Positions 11,334 through 23,805 of a stretch of DNA of 64,000 nucleotides are shown here, one piece after another. The stretch spans positions 372,001-436,000 of the forward strand of contig OX337231.1 in NCBI GenBank assembly GCA_946965045.2. The letters run 5' to 3'. The notes beneath the pieces are model-generated. The model was given only the letters and a program-made list of their open reading frames with translations, ran no database searches and had not been told where the DNA came from. A program made the translations under genes and the position numbers. This DNA comes from Epithemia pelagica (taxonomy: Eukaryota; Protista; Bacillariophyta). Every line of letters starts with the position of its first letter. Positions within the stretch are counted from its first letter, which is position 1.

Positions 11334-12800
11334 ATGATGACGACGATGATGGGTAACTTTGCAACTACAGTCCTCCTCCTTGCACTTTTGTGTGTGGATT
11401 TGGCTTGTGGTCTGGTCTTTTCAGGACCACCGCTTGTCTCTCCTCCTCCTTCTCCATCCGCAACCACGTACAATGCAGACTCACGGCTGTACCTTTCGTA
11501 CTCCCCGCCCTCGTCACTGGCGGAAGGAGTTGCCACTTGGTTGGCTACGCGACAGCCAAATCAGAGCATTCGGCCATTTGTCCCGACCAGTGTCCCAAAT
11601 GCACAGACGGACACTTCCCAGGATGCTGTGCCAGACTGGAAAGAACAGTGGGGAAGCTTTGCGGGAGTCGCAACAGATGTCTCAGCCTTTGCAACCTCTG
11701 TTGCAACCGGCGGTGGAATAGCCATGGCCCTGCGGATGGATGGACGGGAGACGGGTCGGGACGAACGGGAGGAGGGTCGGGACGAACGGGAGAAGAGACA
11801 GGAAAAACGGGAGAAGGGTCGGGACAACCGGGAGAAGAGGTGGCGGGTCGAAGATCGAAACCGGGAGAAGAGGTGGCGGGTCGAAGATCGAAACCGGGAG
11901 GAGAGGTGGCGGGTCGAAGATCGAAACCGGGAGGAGAGGTGGCGGGTCGAAGATCGAAAGTCGCAGCGTCAAACAGCTCTGACATCGTGTACGTTAACAC
12001 TACTGATCATTTGTCTTTTCATGTTATACTTTGCAACGTCTGATTCTTACTTTGATTATTTGTTTAAGTGAAACCATCATCTATACGCTATCAGAGCCTC
12101 GCGCAGCTGATTGAAAACGACCAATCGCAGCTCTTCCGTTTGAAAAAGGAAGCTTTGAGATTTGAAGAAGGTAATGTCGGGTGCTGGTGCACGTGGTACT
12201 ATTGTATGACTCTTGGCGAACACTCACTTTCTATCTCTTTTTATTTGTCATGTAGAAACATGCAAGGATGGCAATGAACGCAAAAACATCACGGTGAACA
12301 TCAACTCTCTCAAACGCGATCGACTGGAAGAGCTTGTCATCCAAGGAGCACGTCTCCACAACCAAGGGAACATCAAAGGGACAGTTATTGTTATAGAGCT
12401 ATTCCGAGAGGATCTCGGCGGAGTTGGTGGCGCCAAGAGCCCTTGGTGTTCGCCGGAGTACGAACAAGAATTCAAGCAAGAGCTTGTCACCAGAATAGAT
12501 GAACTAAAAAAAGTCTCTTGGAGAAGAAGGTTGTCAACTTGGTTGGGGTTTGGGGTGGAGACAAGTGGAGCGGTGAGTGTCTCGAGTCATCCCCCGCAGA
12601 ATCCTCAGGCCACTCCCAATACAGCCGCCACCTCCTCGTTGCCGTCATCGTCTCCGAATGATTCCTTTGACAACGACGACGACCACAGCCTCGACCCGGC
12701 CTCGCAAACGGAACAACCGGCCTTGCCAACGGAAAAAGTGTCGGATGTGATATCCGACGACTCGCCGCAGCCCGCAGAGCTCCTTGCTACAAAGGTCTGA
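11334..12800 (+). CDS. Signal-peptide protein with REERWRVEDRN repeats (3 exons), chimeric C-terminus
   Basis: Exons 11334-11988, 12069-12170, 12256-12800; introns start GTACGT and GTAAT and keep the frame. N-terminal hydrophobic signal. Paralog at 21809-23143 has introns at the same positions. Confidence 0.75.
11826..11957 (+). repeat. 33-bp coding tandem repeat x4 (NRE[K/E]RWRVEDR)
   Basis: aaccgggag(a/g)agaggtggcgggtcgaagatcga repeated 4 times, no spacers. Confidence 0.95.
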
Positions 12801-12955
12801 AAAAGTTGTGACCAGTCGGTAACACTAATAGATGGATAAACAACCGATTCATCAAAGTTTTTGTATACTAGAAAAAAGGACCTGTGTTGCAACTTTTTGC
12901 TTGCTTCTTGTAATTGTTGAAGTTGTTGCTGTTGTGGAGTATTCGTGGGTCCCCT
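12599..12955 (+). repeat. Duplicate of 10473-10935 (3' coding end + 3' UTR of the coiled-coil gene)
   Basis: gaatcctcaggccactcccaatac... and gaaaaagttgtgaccagtc...gggtcccct are shared at an offset of about 2.1 kb. Confidence 0.9.
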
Positions 12956-13009
12956 TACCCAATGAATCCAAGCATTTTGTGTTTGGATTCCCCTTGCCAT
13001 TTTGTGATT

Positions 13010-13570
13010 GGATTTGTCTTGTGTGTGCTCTGTGGGCTTGTCCGGACCACCCAGTGTCTCTTCTTCTCCTCCTCCTCCTACCGTCCGTACTCCTCGCCCT
13101 CGTCACGGGAGGAAGGAGCTGCCACTTGGTTGGCTTCACGAGACAGACTCAAATCAGAGCGTTCGGCCATTGGTCCTCACTCACCACCCGTGTGTTCCAA
13201 CTGCGCAAACGAACAGAATGCTCGGACAAAATGGAAAGAAACGATAATAGGAAGCGTTGCGGACGTTGCAGCAACGTGGCGTTTGTCATTGTAACACCAG
13301 TCATTTCTGCCAGCCATTGCAACGTCGGCTGCAACCGCTGTGGTGGAGCATTTATGGTCACTTGGATTATGGATGGACCGGGACGAATGACGAAGGACTC
13401 TGGAACGGGAGGACAAGCGATTGGAGCGGCTCATACTATTTAATGTTATCTTCGATCCGTTCGACTTGTCGTCGTCGTTTTGGCGATTCTTTTGTTTCTT
13501 CTTGATACGAGTTCCAGCAAGAGCTTGTCGGAAGAATCCAAACAAAACTCCTGGAGAAGAAGAAGGAGGA
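13010..13570 (+). pseudogene. Decayed third copy of the 11334-12800 gene
   Basis: Fragments (ctcgccctcgtcac..ggaaggagctgccacttggttggct, caaatcagagcgttcggccatt, YEFQQELVGRI ~ YEQEFKQELVTRI) lie in different frames, with deletions. Confidence 0.7.
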
Positions 13571-14733
13571 TGTGAACTTTTCGGTTGAGTGTCTCATGTA
13601 GTAGACAATTGCAAGGGACGACAATGAACTCAAAAGGATGGAGGAAAATCAAAGCAACAGACTAGAAGACCGTATCACCCTAAAATGCTCCAAGATAGTC
13701 TTTAGTGGTCATTGGACAACGACGAAAAACAACAAAACAAGAAGCAGCAACTGGTATCCAGTAGAAAGCACAAGCCAAGACAAAATTCTGGGGCGACACG
13801 ACTGTTGACTCGGCCAAAGTGGAACAATGAGTGGCTCCTGGTCCTGGAGAAAACTGTGAGTTTGGGGGTCCTATCGAGTTTTGGGCGTCCCAAAGAAATG
13901 GAATAGGACCGGCGACACGAGACCACAGTTTTGGCTGTCATTCCTACTAGACTCTTTACTACGACTTGCCATTTTTTTCAGCCTGACGACTCCAACAAAT
14001 TGGCAACGACTCCAGGTAGTTTCGGGAGCGAGGAGTCGTGCCATCGGACCTACCTGTATGACACAACGACACCATGGCCACGACGCAACCAGCACCATAA
14101 GAGAGGTGTGCCGAACGAGCATCGGTCCCACTAGTCGTACGGATATTAGATGGCCTTGGACTTGGACCCCTCTCATGGCAGCATGTCCCGGAAGTTCGTG
14201 TAACAAGCTCCCGCTCACAGTCCGTTACGGGCGTTGGTAGGGCTTCACGGAATTCCTCCGATCCCAACACGCTTGTGGAATAAGTATCCCCTCGGGAGTA
14301 CTACAAGAGTACTGTACGAGAAGGAGTAGGAGTTTGGAGTAAGGTGTACTCGAAAGTTACGAGTATGGGTGATTGAGGAGTCCACGTAGGCTTTGACACT
14401 GGTTGGGAATATTCCAAAGATTGCGTGCAAGGCGTTGGACCAGTGAGAGCCACGACACCCACACGTAAAACAAAAACCATTCGGCTGTAGAGCCGCGGCA
14501 TTGCTCTTCTCCTCTTGTGCTCTCTAGACTACCGAATCGAGGTAGACTCCTCTCCATTGAAGAGAACAGAGTCGTTGTTGTTCTGGTAGACTCCTCTCTC
14601 TCTCTCTCTGGTTGCCCTCTCGTCTGGATCGGGGGTCATTTTTTTCTGGGACAAGGGAAGAGTGGAGAGCATTCGTTCGATCCATCCATTGCACACACAC
14701 AAAAGACACGAACCACCACCATTGCACACAATC

Positions 14734-15438
14734 ATGCCGTTGATGCATCCTCGAGTGCCAAGTCACCATTCCTCCTTGCTCACCACCACCAACACGACGA
14801 CGACGACGAATCCTGATGAAACTCATCATGGGAACCACCACAGTTGTCGCCAATCCTCCTTTGCCAAACACCAAGTCGAACCACTCAAACAACAACCACC
14901 ACCACAACCACAACCATTAGGTAAGGAGGAGGAGGAGGAGGAGGAGGAGGAGTATGGTACACCCAATGATGTCTTGTCGTCGTCCTCCTCCTTCACTGCC
15001 GCCGCCGGGTCAGTAGTACCAACCACAACCACCACACCACGCCAAACGACCCTACCCATTGGCACACAAAGCAACAACAGAAGAACCCCGCAAACCACCA
15101 AGAAATCGGTGCACTTTCAACCACCACCCAGTCCTTCACACAACAACGACAACGACAAGGACCATCCTCCTACAGTGGCTTGTACCCTGTACCACTATTC
15201 CCATTTTGACAATCCTTTGGAGAATAATGATGATTCGTCTGGTTCGTCCAATCGGTCGCTGTTTTGGACGCCTCGTGAATTGCAAGCCACGTGGGAACAG
15301 GATCAACAGACCTTGCACCAACACCCAACAACAACGACGGGCTTGCCAACCACCTATGCCCACGCCTTGCAGCGAGCGCATCAGTGGTATGCTCGTTCCA
15401 CACACTCCCCACCATCCTCCTCATCACCCGTACGGACC

Positions 15439-15476
<38 letters not shown>

Positions 15477-17349
15477 TCATTTCTTGGAGTGTTTGCTGCT
15501 CCCAAAATCCCCCATCACCACCACTGGCCCCCATGCGGTCCACCACACCCACACCCACAACGACAACACGGACCCATGGACCTTGGTCCGGGGCTTGGAA
15601 TTGCATGTCTGGCCCAAACTCTATCGCTACACCCAACGACACAATCGAGCCGTCCTCCAACACTACCAACAACACCAACAATCATCATCATCCTCTTTAT
15701 CATCATTCCAGGACGACCACGACAAGGAGGAACAATTGCGACGCACCTCGCTCAAATATTCGCAAGCCAGTCGTTGTGTGGCGTGGTCCTTGGCGCAAGT
15801 CGATGCCATCGTGGCGGCGTCCACACCACCAGCACTGGGACTCTCCTCCTTCTTGGTGTGGCCCGTGCCGTGGAACCACCACGACAATGCCGACGAGGAT
15901 GTGGTGAGTGTGTGCAGTAGTTTGGAATCGTCCTCGTCCTCGTCCTCGTCCTCGTCGTCTTGCTCGAGTAGTAGTACCACTACCGTGAATGACGACGACG
16001 ACCACCACCACCAGGACGACTGGGCCGTTCCCCAATCCTCGTCCTTGCTACGAACCAACCACCGTCGCCATGCTACCACCAATGTCTTTTTTACGCTCGA
16101 CGACGATGATAGCAGTACCACCACGAATGATGGCTTGTACGATTCGGCGGGAGTGTTGGACTTTTCGTCGTGTGCATTGGAACAAGAAGGAGATCGTGCC
16201 ATGGCAACCACCAGTGCTGTCGAACAAGAAGAAGAAGAAGAAGACGAAGCTTCGGACATTGACGATACCAGTGTCTTGAGCTTTTTGCATACCGATGGGT
16301 TCTTGGAGGAACAAGCCTTTGTCTTGGGTACCACTCCTACCTTGGCCAGTGGAGATTCGTCGGAAGAACCCGAAGAATTGTTGGACACGGAGGACGTGAC
16401 GCAATTTGTCACGGGATTTTTACTCCAAAATGACAACGACACTGACGAACCACCACCAACACCACCTGCAACAAGAACAAGAGCAGCCGATCCAGACCAA
16501 GACGAGGACAAGCAGTCACAAGAGTCCTCCTCGTCGGATCGTGTGGATTGTTGTTGGGAGCTCGAGGAATCCGAAGATCAAGACAGTGATGCTTCTGACA
16601 TGGAAGAGGAGCATGTGATCGAGACCAATGGGAGGGACCCGGACGACACCACGGCTACCAATCCTCTCGGAGTCGTGGTGGCCACTGCAACTGCCACCAT
16701 CTCAACGACAACGACGACAACGACGACCACCCCAACTCCGAGTCCGGTCCATCTTCGATCCTTGTCCATGGCGAGCACCAGGAGCATGGCCCGTTCCAAG
16801 ACACGGTCCATTGAAGCGTGGTATGCTCGTCGTCGACAATCGCTCGATGGTTCCTCCTCCCTGACGACGACAACAAGTGGTACACCCTCTACTACTACTA
16901 CTACGGCGTTCGACTCGATCAATCTTGTGGGAACAACGGGATTGGTAACTCCCACGAGTAGCTCTGCTACTGCTGCTGCTATTACTTCTACGCCCTCGAC
17001 ACGGTATGGTACGAATACGTCTACTGCTACGTCTACTACTGCCCCTCACATCAAACAAGCATTGACGGCTCGACCCTTGTCGACAATTCATCCCTCGAAT
17101 CGCAACAACAACAACAACAGCGACACGGACAAGGAGCAGCACAAGCCGCCACCCCATGGCCGACGGAAATCGCTCCCTCCCAATGCAACTATTACTTCCA
17201 CAACCACCAAATCGGCACGGGATATCAACCGATTGATTGAAGGTTCGTGGTTTCAACAACAACAACAACATCCGCCACAACAGCAGGATCGAGATGCGGA
17301 ACCCATTACGGTTTCGTCCTTTCATCCTCCCCGCAGCTACGGTTCCTAA
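14734..17349 (+). CDS. Low-complexity protein with a diatom-type conserved domain (SVHF...LFW...E...RGLE...R...VL...S..YS..SR..A...A..DA)
   Basis: 895-aa ORF, first ATG about 14734; the motif pattern is recognised from diatom hypothetical proteins; the rest is T/S/D/E-rich. Confidence 0.8.
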
Positions 17350-17657
17350 TTTGTTTGTTTTGTTTTAGTGGGCCGACTCGGAATCCAAACGCCACCAGAA
17401 GCATATATGTACGGCACACAAGTAGAGCAAGAATCCGCACAACGAGACTGGACGAGAACGGCCAATCCACGCGGAAAAAACCCTCCCACCGACAGTAGGT
17501 AGAATAGGTCGAGAGGCAGCCGAACAATCGCCCGACTATAGACTTTTTCTATGTAGTCATGGAAAGAACGTTGCTCCTCGGAGGACACCCAATCTGCAAT
17601 CGTATCAATGATATCCTTCTTACCAAAAAGAGGAGAAATGCACAACACATGGAACTC

Positions 17658-17658
17658 G

Positions 17659-17725
<67 letters not shown>
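17658..17725. repeat. (GTT)22 microsatellite
   Basis: Perfect trinucleotide run. Confidence 0.95.
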
Positions 17726-19292
17726 CGCAGTCGACACTGTGTTTGGCCCATGCCGGAACCCGAGAGTGGAGTTGTTGTTGTGTGCCACATCCAAACAGTG
17801 CCTCCGTCACTCTCTCTCTCTCTTTCTCTCGGGACAGGTCCATTGGGTGGCACCACACAGGATATATCATGGTGGTGTTCTGTAGGTGGTCGTGGTGGTA
17901 CAGTACAGTCCTTGGTGTGTGGGACGCTGCCGACACTGGAACGTCCCACCGCCACTCTCCTTCCACCACCCCATACGAGTATTATTACGATTCGGACCCT
18001 TGCGCGCATTGTGGTGCCAGTTGTAGTCGTTGTTGTTGATTGGATTCTTGGGCGTGTGTGGTGCGCGGGTCTATCCTCATATTCGAGTACTACCTAGGTG
18101 GTCGTATCGTATTTTTGGTGTGAGCCATGCACCGATTGAAACATTTGGATGTGCCGCCTTTTTCTTGGTATCACAAACAGTTTCACCAAAGAGGATCGGC
18201 TCGAACCAATATTCCCAAAAACAAACAAAACAGAACTCAATTGCCCGTTTCCTAGTTGTTGTTGGTGTTGCACCATCCCCTCCGGCCTGCCTGCCGGTGG
18301 GTGCCAAACCCAGCTACAACGTACAATACGACATTGTATACTACCACAGCCTCTTGGTCAGAATATCACAAAGCCAGCAAACAGTCCAACGGCTCGGAAC
18401 GCGTGTGGGCTTCTAACGATTCTAGCTAGCTACTAGAGAGTATGTTGTTGTTGTTTCTTGTTGTATGAGTCAAAGCCTCGAACCAGCCGTAGTCTCTACA
18501 CCCGAATCACTTTGGGCGAACCCAAACAGGACCGTTGCCGCCTTTGGTGGTGTACCATTTTCATTCTCGACCAACCGTTGACGTATGATGCGCCACGAAT
18601 TTTTGCACTTTGGTCCCGCAGGGGCACAAAATCTGGCGACTCTTTTCCGGCAACGGCTCGATGTCACCCGGCGATCATCCGTGTTACGGAACTAGCTAGA
18701 GTACTACTTTCTCCATACTCTATGCCGTGCAGGCGTGATGATCGCAGTCACTTAGGTAAAATTGAATCCGTTGACAAGATCGTTGGACATTCAAACTTGG
18801 GCGAGTCATTTCGGTGGGGTCGTTCGTTGTGCACGAGATTTCCACCCGACATTGGGGCCAAAAATTGGGAACGAGAATGGGAGTGTCCTCGGCGCCACTC
18901 CTCTGTTCACTTCACTCCACAATCTCGCAACCACCACCATCACACACCACCACCATCACACACCAAAGTGAAAGAAAGAAAGAGAGAGAGAGTCTTGTCG
19001 TCTGTCTCGGTGGTACTCCACACTTGTTTGACTCCAACCTTCCAATCCAGTTTGTGTCTCGACTGGACCTCCTTCTTGCTTGTGTGGTCGTTCTCATTGG
19101 TGCAGTCTACGCCTCGAACGAGATCCCAAAAACACACACACACACACACGTAACAGCAACCGGGCCTCACAAACGACCCACCAAACAGGACACTCCCAAG
19201 AACAACCAAGCGAAGCAACGTGGCGTCGTTGTTGTGTGAGAACGAGTTGAGTTTGGTTGTGGGGAATCGAGTCTGGAAGAAACGAAAGAATC

Positions 19293-20813
19293 ATGGGCAA
19301 GGAGTTGCCTCCTTCTTCTTCATCTTCATGGTTGGAGATGGATCCCATGGGTTCCATCCACCATGACGACAACAACAACGACGATGAGGAATCTCTTTAC
19401 AAGACACATCCACAACAACAACAACAACAACATTCACAGCAGGAAGAAGACCTTTCCTGCTCCTCTACACAACTTTTGATCACAACGACAACATCTCCCT
19501 CCTCCTCCTCGTCGCCCTGTCCGGCCAGTACGAGTAGTAGTGAAGACGATGAAGACGACGAGGAGGAGGAACTGGGTCGACGGATTCCCATGCTTCCCCG
19601 ACGACAACGCTTCGAACCACTACATTCCCAATTCCAAACGGCAGAACGACGACGGCCCCGCCAGTGGAATCACTCACCATTCCAACAACAACAACAAGGC
19701 CGAACAGCACCACTTTTCTTGCCCCTGTTTGGGTCCGTACCATCATTATCACCACACGGTGGAGGAACTACCACCACCACCACCAAAGAAGCACCACCCC
19801 CATTACGCCAACAATACAAATTGCGCCGAGAATTGCTCTTGTTGCAGCTCGTGGGTTGCTTGACCATGGCATTGGTTCTGGGCCGTGGACTGCGCGTCCT
19901 GTGGTCGTCCTCCGAAAAGCCTCCGTCGTGGAACCTGGCTCCGCTGGAACTCGTGGTGCCCGTATCCAACGAACGACTCCAAGGACGACCCTTGTGGGAC
20001 TATTTGCAACCCACATTACGACAGACCGTTGGTACTACCAATACGGAGTATATCGTCTACCTTCGGTCGAACCAGCACCACACGGCTTGGACCTGGACGG
20101 AAACGGTCCAATCCTATTTGACCTGTCCCCATTTGGTCGAGTTGTGGATTGATGATCCCACGAATGCGAATGACGCATCCTCGGTGGTGTTGCCCAATCG
20201 TGTCTGGAATCATCCCGCCGTACGATTCACACCCACCATCACCACCAACGACTGGAAGAGCCACCCACCACCACAACAAGAGGAGGAGGAACGACCGTCG
20301 GCCCTCTTTGTGGTGGATCCGTCGCGACGATATTCTTGTCACGAATTGGATCGAGCCATTCAAGAATGGAAGCGCGATCCGACACGATTGGTGGGATTGG
20401 AACCACCCGTGTGGTACCAGCAGGCACCACAAGACGACGACGAGTCGTCCTCGTCACTGTCGTGGTCGTATTCCTTGGTCTCGGACAAGGCACTCCTTTT
20501 GCATTCCCGCATTTTTCAACTCTTGAAACTGGCGGAGCAACCAGACCACCCACCCGACGAGGCGGCGGCAACAAGACGTGCCCAAACTCGAGCGGCTGTC
20601 GAGTGTCGGGAATACCGTTGGTCGGCACAATGGGCCGCCGTGTCGCAACAAGCACCCACCGCCCTCATGACAATGTCGACCGTACAGCACCACCACCAAC
20701 AACACGACGACGACAAGTCGTGGTGTCACACGCAATTGCTCGAGGCCACACATCAAACCAGCTTTCCATCCAATCAGGTCCTCTACACGGGACGACAGGT
20801 CCAATCCTACTAG
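19293..20813 (+). CDS. Type II membrane protein with divergent glycosyltransferase family 64 (EXTL2-like) domain
   Basis: TM helix LLLLQLVGCLTMALVLG; YLTCPHLVELWID, ALFVVDP..YSCHELDRAIQEWKRDPTRLVG and YSLVSDKALLLH follow the GT64 motif order. Confidence 0.65.
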   Translation: MGKELPPSSSSSWLEMDPMGSIHHDDNNNDDEESLYKTHPQQQQQQHSQQEEDLSCSSTQLLITTTTSPSSSSSPCPASTSSSEDDEDDEEEELGRRIPMLPRRQRFEPLHSQFQTAERRRPRQWNHSPFQQQQQGRTAPLFLPLFGSVPSLSPHGGGTTTTTTKEAPPPLRQQYKLRRELLLLQLVGCLTMALVLGRGLRVLWSSSEKPPSWNLAPLELVVPVSNERLQGRPLWDYLQPTLRQTVGTTNTEYIVYLRSNQHHTAWTWTETVQSYLTCPHLVELWIDDPTNANDASSVVLPNRVWNHPAVRFTPTITTNDWKSHPPPQQEEEERPSALFVVDPSRRYSCHELDRAIQEWKRDPTRLVGLEPPVWYQQAPQDDDESSSSLSWSYSLVSDKALLLHSRIFQLLKLAEQPDHPPDEAAATRRAQTRAAVECREYRWSAQWAAVSQQAPTALMTMSTVQHHHQQHDDDKSWCHTQLLEATHQTSFPSNQVLYTGRQVQSY

Positions 20814-21808
20814 CCAGCGTCAAAAAGCCGCCGTACGTACCCCCATGACACAAAAGGAGAAGAAGAATCACGAACCAACAAGCAGGTAACTCTGTATTGA
20901 TTGGACGATACCGTAGTCGATACTCCTCCCAAGTAGTTGGACGGACAAACAGCCTCCTCTCGCATGGTTCCGAGTGTTCCAGGCTGGACTGGAACCACCA
21001 TTCAACATGTGTGTCAAGTATAGAGAAGACTATAGGAACTATCGGATGACAACAACGGGACGTGGGCTCTTTGGTCGGCCATTGAAAATAATACTACATT
21101 CTTGGGGCCTCAAACTCGATACGACTCGATGGACACAAAACTCACGGTTTCTCTGACCACTCACACTACATTCTTCTTGTCCAGGAGTTTCTTCTTGGCT
21201 TCTTCTTTGTACTACTTACATAACAGTGAGTTGCGTCTAGGTTTTTGTTTCGTAGTCAAAGGACCACCAAGACTAATTTCTCCTTGCGCTCCGACAAGTT
21301 CCTCTTGGAATTGCTCTAATCATAGTGGACAAGTGGTACCCATTGTTGAGACTAGCTTCTTCTTGGAGGATAAGCTCAGTCGATTTCCTCCGCAATCTTT
21401 TTGCGTTCTTTGTTACATGCTTGCAATTTTCTATACGACAAACAAACAACAACAGAAATGATTCGCCTTCGCCAGGGGTCGTAGTACTACCTACATGGCC
21501 CGGTGCCGGAAATTACAGTCCTCCATTCCTAAGGCTTGCGTTCGCACACGGAAGTATTCCGATTGGCCTATTTCAATCAGCTCCACCAAGCGGTGATATA
21601 GACTTGGAGGATTTTTTGTGAACTGTCACAAAGAATCACACCACACACCAAAGTAAGACTCCGAGGGTGCAAAAGTATCACAGGAGAAAAGAAAGAGGAA
21701 TCATTTTTGTCAACGCACACGAAAGCTGAGCGGATCATCGAGGCTGTGATCTTGGACCTCCCTTTTTCTGCCTCCCTTTCCTCCGATTCAAACCCTTTCT
21801 GGTCCCTC

Positions 21809-23143
21809 TCAGAGTCTTTCGTCCATCCATTCATTCGAGGTACAACGACGACGACCACAGCCCCGAACCGGCCTCGCAAACGGTTGTTCCGTTTGCGAGG
21901 CCGGTTCGGGGCTGTGGTCGTCGTCGTTGTCAGAGGAGTCATTCGGAGACGATGACGGCAACGAGGAGGTGGCGGCTGTATTGGGAGTGGCCTGAGGATT
22001 CTCCGGGAGATCACTCGAGACACTCACTGCTCCACTTGTCTCAACCCCAAACCCCAACCAAGTTGACAACCTTTTTCTCCAAGAGTCTCTTTTTAAGTCA
22101 TCTATTCTCGAAACAAGATCTTGTTCGAGTTTTTGGTTGTACTCAGGCGAATACCAAAGACTCTCTTTTCCACCAACTCTACCTAGTTCCTTTTGGAATA
22201 GCTTCAAAACTACAGCTGTCCCATTGTTGCTCCCAATCGTGTTGAGACGTACTCCTTGGATGACAAGCTCGTCAAGCCTTTTGCTTTTGAGGAAGTTGAT
22301 TTCCTCCTTGATCCTTTGTTGTCCTTCTTCGTCGTCCTTGCAATTGACTGTATGGTATATGGTTAACAAAACAGAGATGGAAAGTAAGTGCTCGCCAGGG
22401 GTCGGAATACCGCATACTTTGGTGTGGGAAATTACCTTCTTCCATTCTCAAGGCTTTCTGTTCCAAACGAAACAAGTCGCATTGATGCTTTTCGATATTC
22501 TCCGCGTTCAAGTGATACCCTCCAGAGAATCGTTTATCTGAAACAAAGAAACACACGACAGACCAACGTAAGAATCAGCCAGTGCAATGTATGGCGCGAG
22601 AAGAAAGTGGAATAGTTTTGTGGACTTACAACGACGTATTTCTTGTTTACTACTTCGAAGATTATCTTCACGCCTTTCAATTCTATCTTCGACCCGCCAC
22701 CTCTCCTCCCGTTCGTCCCGACCCTTCTCCCGTCCATCCATCCGCAGGGCCATGGCTATTCCACCGACGGTTGCAACAGAGGTTGCGGCGGCAGACACAA
22801 CTGTTGCGACTCCCGCAAAGCTTCCCAACTGTTCTTTCCAGTCTGGCACAGCATCCTGGGAAGTGTCCGTCTGTGCAGTTGGGACACTGGTCGGGATAAA
22901 TGGCCGAATGCTCTGATTTGGCTCTCGCGCAGCCACCCACGTGGCAACTCCTTCCGCCAGTGACGAGGGCGGGGAGTACGAAAGGTACAGCCGTGAGTCT
23001 GCACTACACGTGGTTGCGGACTGAGGAGGAGGAGAAGAGACAAGCGATGGTCCAGACAAGACCAGACCACAAGCCAAATCCACACACAGAAAAGCAAGGA
23101 GGACTGTCGTTGCGAGGTACTTTGCCATGTGCATCATCATCAT
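21809..23143 (-). CDS. Inverted paralog of the 11334-12800 gene (3 exons)
   Basis: Exons 23143-22630, 22537-22436, 22347-21809; exon 1 protein nearly identical; one WRVEDR unit instead of four. Confidence 0.75.
21842..21930. repeat. Perfect fold-back palindrome (42-bp arms, 5-nt loop)
   Basis: 21842-21883 is the exact reverse complement of 21889-21930; loop ttgtt. Confidence 0.95.
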
Positions 23144-23805
23144 CTTTGCCGGTTTATGGTGTGTTGTCTAAGTGATCGCGGGAGTTACATGTCAAATGCC
23201 AACTCGAACATGTTTCCGTAAGTTCTTTCTTCTTCAGTGCTTTTCTACCAGGGTGTTGTCGGTGCAACATTGTGGAAATGGAGGCGCGGGAACGCGGAAA
23301 CAGAGCAAAATTCTGTGCCACGTGTGACGTGTGCCTCATCTTCGATACACCACTCCCAAGCGCCGGGACGAGTTGGATTCCCGCGTGAGCGTCGACCTAT
23401 TAGACATGCTTGCGCTGGGGATTATTATTTGCTTTTGATCAGCCGTCCGTCCGTCCGTAGTCCGTAGCTCCATGACGACCGGTCGCTGGTCGCTGGCCCC
23501 CCGGACGCACTTGTGCATTCGTACAATATCATTATTTTGGGGGCATGTCGATGTCGCTTGGGGCTTGGGCTTGGGGGCAATGTACAAAAAGAGGCGAGTC
23601 AAGTCACGGAAGCTCATGACTCACTCTCCGCTTGTCGCAAACAGCAAACACATTCAAGCATCGAGAGTCGAGAGACGGACCAGAAGAGCATATTATTATA
23701 TGAGCAAAGTACTCCCTGGAACGACATTGGACCATACTCCCACACGCTGCTCTGCGCAAATAGAAACGACAAGGAAAAAAAAGCAAACCATTCCTCGACA
23801 CAATA

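Noticed and set aside
11826-11957. CRISPR-like appearance of 33-bp repeats
   Set aside because: No spacers, in-frame coding repeat, eukaryotic context, no cas genes.
13712-14240. Possible small spliced gene (GTGAGT...TTTTTTTCAG)
   Set aside because: No convincing start or recognisable protein; insufficient support.
17346-17969. 207-aa minus ORF with poly-Asn
   Set aside because: All frames are held open by the (GTT)22 microsatellite, and it abuts the 3' end of the plus-strand gene; no recognisable domain.
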